NCBI GenBank assembly: GCA_019056785.1
Contig: DXJV01000069.1
Coordinates: 1 to 44,628 of the forward strand
Source of the DNA: Candidatus Heimdallarchaeota archaeon
GTDB lineage: Archaea > Asgardarchaeota > Heimdallarchaeia > JABLTI01
Length of the DNA stretch: 44,628 bases
Direction: 5' to 3'
The translations under genes were made by a program, and so were the position numbers. Positions 29,598 to 38,491 of this stretch are shown here, in pieces. The notes under the pieces are model-generated. The model was not told the origin of the DNA. It worked only from the letters and a program-made list of their open reading frames with translations, and ran no database searches. How positions within the stretch are numbered: position 1 is the stretch's first letter; the number at the start of each line of letters is the position of its first letter.

Positions 29598-31781
29598 TTG
29601 ATTAAAATGGCCAAGATATCTTTTGATAAAGTTAAAAAAAGTCTGAAAATTGATGATTTCCTTTCAGCTAAGAAATTCATCGAAACCATAGAACTAGAGT
29701 CTCTCTCTCCAAAAGAAAAAATATCCTGGTTATTATTGAAAGGGGAAATTCAACTTGGCCTTGGGCAGCTGGAAGAAGCACAGCAATTTGTGGAGGAAGC
29801 CCTAAAGAAGAGTGTTGATCTTAGTGCAACCGAGCAAATCGTTGATTCTTATATTTTAAAATTGAGGTTCATGAGCACTTTAGCTCGAGATGAAAAATTC
29901 CTTTTAATACTTAACGTTGCCGAACGAAGTTTAGGAGACATCTCGGAGAAAAGTTCCAAGGGATACTTGACACGAAAAGCTCACTTACAAGTCATCAAAG
30001 GAGGTTTTTTTGAGAAAAAAGGGAATTATGATGACGCTATGAGTCTTTATGAGTCAGCTTTACAAACATACAAAAAACTCAAACTTGATAAAGAGGTACT
30101 TTCAACACAATCGAAAATTGTGGGCGTTTTTAGTCGAAAAGGTGAATATGAAGCTGCGTTGTCTATTCTTTCTGAAATTTTGCCAAAAGCAAAGAAGCTG
30201 CCATTTAAGAGGGTTCTTATGAACATCTACAATCGGGCCGGTATAGTTAGTGTTAGAAACGGTCAAATCAATCAGGCTAAAGAATACTATGCTGCTGCCT
30301 TAGAGATTGCGTTAAAACTTGGGAATCAACGTTCTTGTGCAGGATTCCTTAACAACCTTGGGCTCGTTCATTTTCAGTTAGGGGATTATCATTCTGCAAT
30401 TGATTATTTCGAGAGATCATTGGCAAATCTAACGCCCCCACGAGATGACTTTTTAATTGCGATAATAAATTACAATCTTGCTATAATCTATCGCGAACAA
30501 GGAAAATTGGACAAATCGCTCGAAAAAATGTTGATTGGGCTAGAAGTTGCCCAAAAAGAAGGGAATATTACAAATATTATGGATTTTATGAACAGCATTG
30601 GTAAAGTTTATCACCTGAAAGGTGATTTTGACGAAGCCTTAAAATATCTACAATTAGCTTATCAAGTTCGAGACAAAAACCCAAACAAACTCTCCATTTC
30701 TAGAACAGTATACTATTTGATCAATCTCAGTATTGATTTAAACAAAATTGCTCTTGCAAAGGATTATTTTGCAGATTTAAAAAGGCTTGCTAAAAATGAA
30801 AAGAACTTGATCCTGCAACAAAGAACTCAAATTGCTGAAGCATTGCTTTTGAAACTCGAAACACGTTCTCGATATCGAGTACGAGCAGAAGAATTGTTTA
30901 ATGAAATCATTAATGGACCAATAATTGATAATGAATTATATGTAGATGCTTTGTTAAATCTAACAGAAATGCTTCTATTAGAGCTTAAAATGACCGGCAA
31001 CGAAGAATTACTCCAGGAAGTGAAGGAACTTACTACGAAGCTTTTGAAAATGGCTGAAAAGCAATCCTTATCTTCCTTGCTTGCCGAAGTTTATTGGCTT
31101 CAGTCCCAAATTGCTTTATTAGAGTCCGATATCCCCCGTTCACGACGTCTTTTAAGTCAAGCAGAAAGCATAGCTGCGGAACTAGGCTTTAAACGGCTTG
31201 GTTATCACATTGCTCAACAGCATGACCGGCTCTTAGATCAAATTGAAAGCTGGGAATTTTTAATGACACAAAATGCTCCTCTAATTGAGCGAATGGAAAC
31301 TATCAAGCTTGATGAATTTCTTTTAGAACTTTTCAAACGAAGGGCTTTCGACATTCCTCCTCTCCCGGCTGAGGAACCCATTATGTTACTCCTTCTCAAT
31401 GAGAGTGGGGCGCCCATTTTTTCGAAGAACTTCACAAGTGAAGAACGACGTATCGATGATGCCTTGATAAGCGGCTTTTTAACTGCAATAAATGCTTTCC
31501 TTTCTGAAACCCTCGAGTCGAAAGGGATCGTGGAACGAATTAAATATAATGAATATAATATGATCATCCAATCTTTTGATTCATTTATGCTTTGCTATAT
31601 TTTTATAGGGCAATCTTTTTCAGCGATGCAGCATGTCACCAACATTATTAATTTCATTAAAAAAGACGATGCTTTAAGGCAAAGCCTTCTGGAACAGTGC
31701 GAGTCAGCAAAACCTCTCAACCGGCAAAAAGAACTCCAACTTCAGAAAATTATCGATTCTGTTTTTCTTTCGCCCATATGA
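29598..31781 (+). CDS. TPR-repeat protein with a C-terminal longin-like domain
   Basis: Many TPRs (LNNLGLVHFQLGDYHSA, NSIGKVYHLKGDFDEA). C-terminus MLLLLNESGAPIFSKNF...LISGFLTAINAFLSE...IKYNEYNMII...MLCYIF has longin-like strand/helix order. Confidence 0.8.
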   Translation: MIKMAKISFDKVKKSLKIDDFLSAKKFIETIELESLSPKEKISWLLLKGEIQLGLGQLEEAQQFVEEALKKSVDLSATEQIVDSYILKLRFMSTLARDEKFLLILNVAERSLGDISEKSSKGYLTRKAHLQVIKGGFFEKKGNYDDAMSLYESALQTYKKLKLDKEVLSTQSKIVGVFSRKGEYEAALSILSEILPKAKKLPFKRVLMNIYNRAGIVSVRNGQINQAKEYYAAALEIALKLGNQRSCAGFLNNLGLVHFQLGDYHSAIDYFERSLANLTPPRDDFLIAIINYNLAIIYREQGKLDKSLEKMLIGLEVAQKEGNITNIMDFMNSIGKVYHLKGDFDEALKYLQLAYQVRDKNPNKLSISRTVYYLINLSIDLNKIALAKDYFADLKRLAKNEKNLILQQRTQIAEALLLKLETRSRYRVRAEELFNEIINGPIIDNELYVDALLNLTEMLLLELKMTGNEELLQEVKELTTKLLKMAEKQSLSSLLAEVYWLQSQIALLESDIPRSRRLLSQAESIAAELGFKRLGYHIAQQHDRLLDQIESWEFLMTQNAPLIERMETIKLDEFLLELFKRRAFDIPPLPAEEPIMLLLLNESGAPIFSKNFTSEERRIDDALISGFLTAINAFLSETLESKGIVERIKYNEYNMIIQSFDSFMLCYIFIGQSFSAMQHVTNIINFIKKDDALRQSLLEQCESAKPLNRQKELQLQKIIDSVFLSPI

Positions 31782-31958
31782 ACCCACTCCCTTGTGCTGC
31801 TTTTCTAATGACTTAATTGCTTCAATGACCCTTACGCTTTCTTTGCATGTTAAAGTATTCCTTTATATAGTTGAAGCTCAAATAGCTATTATAGGAAATT
31901 ACTCTAAATACGAAGAAGAGTTTTGCAAATTTTTAGATTGATTTTCTGGGTGCCAAAC

Positions 31959-32366
31959 ATGCATACGCAAGAAGAAAGCGAACGAAGTGGCTATATAAGA
32001 ATCACTGAGAATCACAACCTTTTATACTACAACCTTCCTAATAGTATCGTTGAAAAATTACGCTTATCAAAAAATGATTACCTAGAATACGATGTTCGTG
32101 GAGAGCACTTTTACATTCGGAAAAAAGGCAGTGAAAGTTTTCCAGAGATTAATGACAATCTTTTCCGTGGTTTACGTGTTGAACGGTCTATCACCCAGAA
32201 TAATACTCGCTTACGAACAAACCTCCCTAAAGAGGTAGCTCAATCATTATCTATACAAAAAGGTGATGTGCTTGAGTTTACTCTTACAGGCGAGGTGGTA
32301 ATTGGAAAGAAAAAGAATAAACTAACGAAAAACACTCAAAAAGAAATTCAGGAGAAAAAACCTTGA
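31959..32366 (+). CDS. Tandem AbrB/MazE/SpoVT-type DNA-binding protein
   Basis: Two copies of the swapped-hairpin motif: NLPNSIVEKLRLSKNDYLEY and NLPKEVAQSLSIQKGDVLEF. The stop overlaps the next start (TTGA, 32363-32366). ATG at 31959 preferred over TTG at 31923. Confidence 0.8.
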   Translation: MHTQEESERSGYIRITENHNLLYYNLPNSIVEKLRLSKNDYLEYDVRGEHFYIRKKGSESFPEINDNLFRGLRVERSITQNNTRLRTNLPKEVAQSLSIQKGDVLEFTLTGEVVIGKKKNKLTKNTQKEIQEKKP

Positions 32367-35062
32367 GAATAAGAGAAAAAATAATGGTGACTTTTATCAT
32401 TTTATTGATAATGCCACCTGTAATTATGATCTCTGTTTCAAGCATTAGGATTTCACGAATCTCGAAAAATAATGCAAGCGATTCTGCTGAAGCCTTACTA
32501 TCGGAAGAGTTGGAACATCTCCAAAGGCTAGCAACAGACGAGTCACAGAAGATCAATGAATTGTTCAGCCAAATCGTCGCAGAAGTGACGATGCTGGATA
32601 CTTTTGCTGAGCAATTGTTTAACGGTGAAATAGCCATTGAACCGTATCGTTCTTACTGGTGGGATGATGCTGCCGAATTGGCAGAAACCGGGCGGAGCAT
32701 ACCGGGGCAACATTATAATGCAACCTACGACTCAAACATTTCCTTTGATGTTAGTTGTTATTATATGCCCCGAGACAAAATTAGTAGTGCTCTTGGTGGA
32801 GATCCGTTTAACTGGACGCCTAAATTGGAATATTATCTGAACGTTTCGTCAAATCTTGATATAGCGTTTAAAAACATGCATCTCGCCAATCCAAACTACA
32901 TTTGGATTTATGCCGCCTTTGCCGACCCAACCTATTCGCTTTTTAGGAATTATCCTTATGATTCAATGGCTTGGACCCAAGAAGATGAAAATGGTAATCC
33001 AGTTTCCCCTGAAGATGATTGGGACCCACTCGAATATGATTGGTACACAAATGCTGCTAATATTGTAGATAACAGCACTGCGTTTACTTCACCATATTTT
33101 GATCCCATAGGTTTGATCATTTCTGTAGGGCGACCGGTACGTTATACTAATGGGACACTCATTGGTGTTGTTAGTGTTGACATTACCATTGAAACAATGC
33201 AACAGAGCATTCTTAATCTTGATGTAAGTAAGAATGGTTATGCATTCTTGGTTGATGAGAATGGTGACACTATTACTCATCCTGACTTGGTCAACGAATT
33301 TATTCCGATTATCGATTTAGAAATGACAGATGCATCTGCAACAGAACGAACAGCTTTTCAAGATATTATTAATGATATGCGCCTTGGTTTAACAGGACAA
33401 GAGAGCTTCACGAAGAACGGCGCCAAATGGTACATTTCTTATAGTCCAGTAAGCACTACAAAATATTCCCTTGCCTTAGTTGTTCCAGAAGATGACATTC
33501 TTGAGCCTGTTTACCAATTGCGAGATGACATTCTTAGAAGAAGCTTGAACAATGTTCTAGTTTCAATTGGTTTATTGGTTTTAGCCTTTATTTTCATTGT
33601 CGTTATTTCTGTGAACGTTTCGCGCCGAACGGTGAAACCAATTCAAGATTTCATCGACTTCTCAGAGCGCATTGCTAAAGGAGACTTGTCTACTGAACTT
33701 GATGAGGATAAAATTCTCCCAAGAGAAATTAAGGGATTGCATTCGGCTTTAGATGGACTCCTCACAGCACTGCGGTTTGGAAACACAGACTATTATGGAG
33801 GCAATCTAGATAGAGCATATAATAACTATCTTAAAGCCTTGAAACTGTTCGAAACAACCAACGATGAAGCCGGTATTGGTGTTTGTCTAAACAATCTTGG
33901 CAATGTCTACCGAGAGTGGGGTGACTTAAACCAAGCAAAGGATTTCTATGCAAAAGCTATTGTGGTTGCTGAAAAGCTTGGAGAACGTCCTTCTCTTGCT
34001 TCGCGCTATAATAACTACGGCTTAGTACTCCTTGATTCAGGAGATTATGAGGGCGCAAAAGACTATTTGGAAAAAGCTCTGGCAATAAATGAAGAGCTTA
34101 ACAGAGTTCGAGGGCGCGTTCTCTGTCTAAACAATCTCGGTCTTGTACACTTCAAATTAGGCAATGTGAAACTTGCCTTCAAGTATTATCAAGAAGCCCT
34201 CAAGTTGGCAAAAGATGACGACTTCCTTAGAGGTGTTGCGCACAGTCACTTGAATTTAGCAATGTTCTATCTTGAACAGTACGATGTTCCAAGTGCAAGG
34301 TCTCATCTAGAACAAGCATTAGAAAATGCGAAATTGGTTAACGATGTTTTGCTTGTCGAAGAGATACTCCAGCGCGCACAGATGATTGACCGTGATCTCG
34401 ATGACCATTCCACTCGAGAACAAATACAAACAATATTAGACCAGCTACGTGGTGGTACAGCTCCAAGAAAAACAGTACTCTATATTCTTGACTACAGCGG
34501 CTCAATGAGCGGCTCGCGTAATCGAGCATCTATTCGTGGCTCTCTCGACCTTTTGAAAACGGCTATCAAAGACAAAGACTCTGTTGGTATTATTACGTTC
34601 CATACAAGGAGTCAGGTTGTTTTACCCATTACTCCAGTTAAAAACCAGCGCACAAATATTACCAATACATTCAAAATGCTTAGTCGACCAAATGGCAATA
34701 CAGCCCTTTGGGATGCTGTTTATGATGGTATTGTGCAACTTGAGCAACTAGGTTCAGGCCAAAAATGGTTAGTCGTTTTAACTGATGGTGAAGACAACTC
34801 GAGTCAACGAACTTCTCGTGATGTGATTCGAAAACTCGAGAAGATGAAAGCCAAACCCAATCTTGTTGTTATAAGCGTTGGGGACATCGGTCAAGACGAA
34901 GCCGTTCTTATGAGCTTATGTGATGCAGTTGATGGAACGTTTATCAAGATCTCCGGAACAAGAAGTGTCCATAAGGAGATTGAGAAAGCGTTCAAAACAG
35001 TAGGACAATTAATGTCCCAGGCCCAGGTCTCAGTTGAAGGACTGGTGCTCGACGATCTATGA
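32363..35062 (+). CDS. Transmembrane receptor: TM-dCache-TM-HAMP-TPR-vWA (MIDAS)
   Basis: TM at about aa 7-26 and 397-417. Cache motifs DWY...FTSPYFD...GVVSVDI...GYAFLVDENG..ITHP. HAMP VKPIQDF...IAKGDLS...EI..L..ALD. TPRs CLNNLGNVY, YNNYGLV, CLNNLGLV. vWA LDYSGSMSG, GNTALWDA, VLTDGEDN. Confidence 0.88.
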   Translation: MRIREKIMVTFIILLIMPPVIMISVSSIRISRISKNNASDSAEALLSEELEHLQRLATDESQKINELFSQIVAEVTMLDTFAEQLFNGEIAIEPYRSYWWDDAAELAETGRSIPGQHYNATYDSNISFDVSCYYMPRDKISSALGGDPFNWTPKLEYYLNVSSNLDIAFKNMHLANPNYIWIYAAFADPTYSLFRNYPYDSMAWTQEDENGNPVSPEDDWDPLEYDWYTNAANIVDNSTAFTSPYFDPIGLIISVGRPVRYTNGTLIGVVSVDITIETMQQSILNLDVSKNGYAFLVDENGDTITHPDLVNEFIPIIDLEMTDASATERTAFQDIINDMRLGLTGQESFTKNGAKWYISYSPVSTTKYSLALVVPEDDILEPVYQLRDDILRRSLNNVLVSIGLLVLAFIFIVVISVNVSRRTVKPIQDFIDFSERIAKGDLSTELDEDKILPREIKGLHSALDGLLTALRFGNTDYYGGNLDRAYNNYLKALKLFETTNDEAGIGVCLNNLGNVYREWGDLNQAKDFYAKAIVVAEKLGERPSLASRYNNYGLVLLDSGDYEGAKDYLEKALAINEELNRVRGRVLCLNNLGLVHFKLGNVKLAFKYYQEALKLAKDDDFLRGVAHSHLNLAMFYLEQYDVPSARSHLEQALENAKLVNDVLLVEEILQRAQMIDRDLDDHSTREQIQTILDQLRGGTAPRKTVLYILDYSGSMSGSRNRASIRGSLDLLKTAIKDKDSVGIITFHTRSQVVLPITPVKNQRTNITNTFKMLSRPNGNTALWDAVYDGIVQLEQLGSGQKWLVVLTDGEDNSSQRTSRDVIRKLEKMKAKPNLVVISVGDIGQDEAVLMSLCDAVDGTFIKISGTRSVHKEIEKAFKTVGQLMSQAQVSVEGLVLDDL

Positions 35063-35074
35063 GGTGATGAACAA

Positions 35075-36541
35075 ATGGGACTGAAAAAATTCATACAAAG
35101 TAGAAGCATCAGAACCAATATCATGGTTAGTTTTGTGCTCCTCTCACTATTATTCATTGGTGGAACTGGCGGGTTATCTTATCTTTTGTTTAAGCGTGCC
35201 GGCCAGGAAACGATAAGCGATAGCACAAGTGCTCTTGAGAAGCAAATAACTGAAAATATCAAAATTACTGCGGAAAAGAATGCAGAAATCATCTTTCAAA
35301 AGCTCTCCAATGCAGAATCGATGGTTAGATATGAGGCTTCTAATTTAGAATACCTCTTCTCTGATGAGAACCGCTTTGGACCACGATATACTTACTATGA
35401 CTATTGGTTTGAATACAATCTCTCAAACACACCGGCAGATACACATTACGATCCTTCTTACGGCATTCAAGTGAGTTATGATTATGCCAGCTATTATTTT
35501 GAGGGTTCAAATTCAACTCACTATTTACCCCAGAATTCCTTACAGAACAAAACCCTCAACACTGTTGCTGCGATGGATTATGTTTTTAAGGAGATCCATA
35601 ACAATGCGCCTGAATTCCGCTGGCTCTATATTGCCTTCGAATTGGCTGGTATCGATTTGTTCATCAATTACCCCGGTAGTGTTCTCTTGGGTGATGATGC
35701 AGAACGAAACAACGAACCTTATGAACCACATTTGGAGCCGTGGTATATAGATGTCAAAAGCGGTGACGGCCGGATTGTTTTCACCGAGCCTTATTTTGAC
35801 GAATTTGATGGTGTGCCCCTGATAACAATTGGTCGCGTGGCAAAATTCAGCAACGGTACAGATATTGGGGTGATTTGTGGCGACATCTCCATTGAAGACA
35901 TGGTGAATAAAATTGTTAATATCACTATCTTAGAGACAGGTTATGCCGCACTCATTAATTCCGATGGCTTGGTGGTTGCTCATCCAGAGTCTGCGCCGTC
36001 AATTGCTGACCCTAACTTCCCCTATATAAATGAAGTGGAAGTGAATTCAGACGACACATCAGCTCTCAATGCAACAGCGCTTTCCTTGATAACCTCTGGT
36101 GGTTCGGGGATTATTAAATACACCCGCAACGGCCAGGAACGATTCCTCGCTTATCAACCTGTAGGAAAAGGCGACTACATTAGCTTAATTATCCTCCCGG
36201 TCGATGAAGCGTTGGCCGGAATTGAACCAGTAGTCACAAGAATGAACAATGGTATTCGCACAAACCAAAACACCATTTGGATAATTGTTGCATCCAGTTT
36301 TGTAATAGGTATCACTGTAGGGCTAATTTTGACTGCATATATTACACGACCATTTACGCATCTTATTCAAGTGGCACGCTCGTTATCCACAAGGCGCGCA
36401 AGGAAAGACATAGAGCAAGGCTTGATGATGAAGATCGACCAACGGCTTTTAGAGAGCAACGACGAACTTGGCGAACTTACGAGAGCCTTTAAAGGCATGT
36501 TAGAATCGGTACAAGAAGCCGAACGGGAGAAAAACCATTAA
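35075..36541 (+). CDS. TM-dCache-TM-HAMP protein with no output domain
   Basis: Two TMs. PWY...FTEPYFD...GVICGDI...GYAALINSDGLVVAHP. HAMP ITRPFTHL...NDELGELTRAFKGM, then stop. GAGGTGA SD overlaps the previous stop. Confidence 0.88.
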   Translation: MGLKKFIQSRSIRTNIMVSFVLLSLLFIGGTGGLSYLLFKRAGQETISDSTSALEKQITENIKITAEKNAEIIFQKLSNAESMVRYEASNLEYLFSDENRFGPRYTYYDYWFEYNLSNTPADTHYDPSYGIQVSYDYASYYFEGSNSTHYLPQNSLQNKTLNTVAAMDYVFKEIHNNAPEFRWLYIAFELAGIDLFINYPGSVLLGDDAERNNEPYEPHLEPWYIDVKSGDGRIVFTEPYFDEFDGVPLITIGRVAKFSNGTDIGVICGDISIEDMVNKIVNITILETGYAALINSDGLVVAHPESAPSIADPNFPYINEVEVNSDDTSALNATALSLITSGGSGIIKYTRNGQERFLAYQPVGKGDYISLIILPVDEALAGIEPVVTRMNNGIRTNQNTIWIIVASSFVIGITVGLILTAYITRPFTHLIQVARSLSTRRARKDIEQGLMMKIDQRLLESNDELGELTRAFKGMLESVQEAEREKNH

Positions 36542-36576
36542 AACCTTCTCCCCTTTATTTTTCTTGGAGAAAAAGT

Positions 36577-38373
36577 ATGACTTGGACAATAGCAGATAGT
36601 AAGCTTGTTTATGGTGTTAATCAAAAGGACCTTTCCCACCTAGATATTTCTTCTAATGGAAAACTCGAATTAGTTATTGATGGAAAGAAAATCACTTTTG
36701 AGGAAATTGTTCGTCATTTTTGTACGACAACGAAGTATCAGGATTGTTCTTTTGCAATCCGTCTTCCACAATTAATTGTGAGTCAGATCAAGAAATTATT
36801 TACTTCTTTTAGAGTTGCCCGTGAAAAATATTCTTATAAAGGCAGCTACCATCCCATCTACCCAATTAAAGTGAACCATTCCAAATTCATAATCGATACG
36901 ATTCGAAAAGCTCACCCCAATTATGCCTTTGAATCGGGCACAAAATCAGAATTTATTCTGTTAAAAGAAGTCTTGAAAGATGAGAAGCATCGTTTAATTA
37001 TGTGTAATGGCAATAAAGACCATGAGTTCCTTGAAGAGATGAAAATTGCAATACGGGAAGGGTATACAATTTGCCTTTCAATAGAATCGGTGCAGGAATT
37101 AAAAGACACGTTAACAATTTTACCTCGCAAGGGTTTTCAACTTGCATTTCGCATTAAACCTTATGTATCCTTACATGGCCATTGGGGGACCTCTAGTAGT
37201 CGACATTCGAAGTTTGGACTTGCTATTGGCGAACTTGTTGAAGTGATGAATCTGCTTAAAGAGAGAAAGGCAACTTCACTTTTGACAACCCTTCATGCCC
37301 ACCCCGGTTCACAAATCACGAGTCTCCATGACATCGAAAATTACGCCCATTTCATGGCAACTGTTTTTCGTCTATTGCATGAGAATGGTCTTACAAACTT
37401 GCGAGCTATTAATTTCGGGGGTGGCTTGCCTATTGATTATGATAATCGTCTTGATAGCCTTTTTATGAAAAAATATGCTGATATTTTGGTAAAGGTTCTT
37501 GCCCAAGAATTACCTGCATTGCAACCTGAACTTTTAACTGAATCAGGGCGAGCTATTACAGCACTTTCTACAATTGTGGTTGTAAAAACAATAGACAGGT
37601 ATGCTGTCTTTCCTGAAAGTGCCATTGACGAACAACTTAAGAACCATTTTTGGTCAAAAGCGAAAACATTACTTCATGCGAAAAGTTCGAAAGAAGTTCT
37701 TGCTAACTGGCAGCAATGGGAAGACAGCCAATTGGTTTTGGACTCACTCCAACATTTGCATGATTTTGAGCATGTCACTCTTCTGTTAAAACGAAAGCTA
37801 CGCGAAGAATTCTTTCAACATAATGATTATCTCGAGTATCTTAATACTCCCGCAGCTAAGAGTTTGTTGAAACCTGAATATACTGTCCAAGGGAATTTTT
37901 CTATTTTTAATTCAATCTGTGATCTGGTTCTTGTAAGTCAGTATTTCCCGGTGATCCCGCTAAACAATTTACACCTTCAGCCGGAAACTCTTGTGAGACT
38001 TTTTGATATAACCTGCGATTCAGATGGTGTGGTAGATGTTTACAATGCCCCTGTGTCTGAGAAAAAGCTGGCAACAAAGGATCATTTTCAATTAACTTTC
38101 CCTAAAGAGTTAACCCTTGGAGGTATACCTGTCGGAAAAAAAGATGAGTTAATCGATAGCTATTTTGTTATTCCTCTTGCCGGAGCTTATCAAGATATTA
38201 TTGAATTTGATCATAACCTTCTTGGCGATTTACCCGATGTGCTTGTCACAGCCAGAACTGATTGGCAAATAACATTACTAACTGGTGCAGAATCAATTGG
38301 CGATATTTTGGAGGATCTGGGTTATCATTTTCCAAATAGTAACGATCCCTATTTTGATAATGGCGGGAAATAA
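36577..38373 (+). CDS. speA: Biosynthetic arginine decarboxylase-like (PLP fold type III)
   Basis: YPIKVN (PLP Lys), ESGTKSE, CNGNKD, SKFGL, HAHPGSQI, GGGLPIDYD, TESGRAITA, NFSIF.S..D, DITCDSDG, GAYQDI...HNLLG. Confidence 0.85.
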   Translation: MTWTIADSKLVYGVNQKDLSHLDISSNGKLELVIDGKKITFEEIVRHFCTTTKYQDCSFAIRLPQLIVSQIKKLFTSFRVAREKYSYKGSYHPIYPIKVNHSKFIIDTIRKAHPNYAFESGTKSEFILLKEVLKDEKHRLIMCNGNKDHEFLEEMKIAIREGYTICLSIESVQELKDTLTILPRKGFQLAFRIKPYVSLHGHWGTSSSRHSKFGLAIGELVEVMNLLKERKATSLLTTLHAHPGSQITSLHDIENYAHFMATVFRLLHENGLTNLRAINFGGGLPIDYDNRLDSLFMKKYADILVKVLAQELPALQPELLTESGRAITALSTIVVVKTIDRYAVFPESAIDEQLKNHFWSKAKTLLHAKSSKEVLANWQQWEDSQLVLDSLQHLHDFEHVTLLLKRKLREEFFQHNDYLEYLNTPAAKSLLKPEYTVQGNFSIFNSICDLVLVSQYFPVIPLNNLHLQPETLVRLFDITCDSDGVVDVYNAPVSEKKLATKDHFQLTFPKELTLGGIPVGKKDELIDSYFVIPLAGAYQDIIEFDHNLLGDLPDVLVTARTDWQITLLTGAESIGDILEDLGYHFPNSNDPYFDNGGK

Positions 38374-38491
38374 AAGCCGGTTTAGAACATTAAACTTGCC
38401 AGAAAAATGTGCTTGTGTTCGATTAATAACAATCTCAAGAATTATAAAGTACATGAAATGGTAAATTATTTGTTCTATTGGAGATGTCCTC

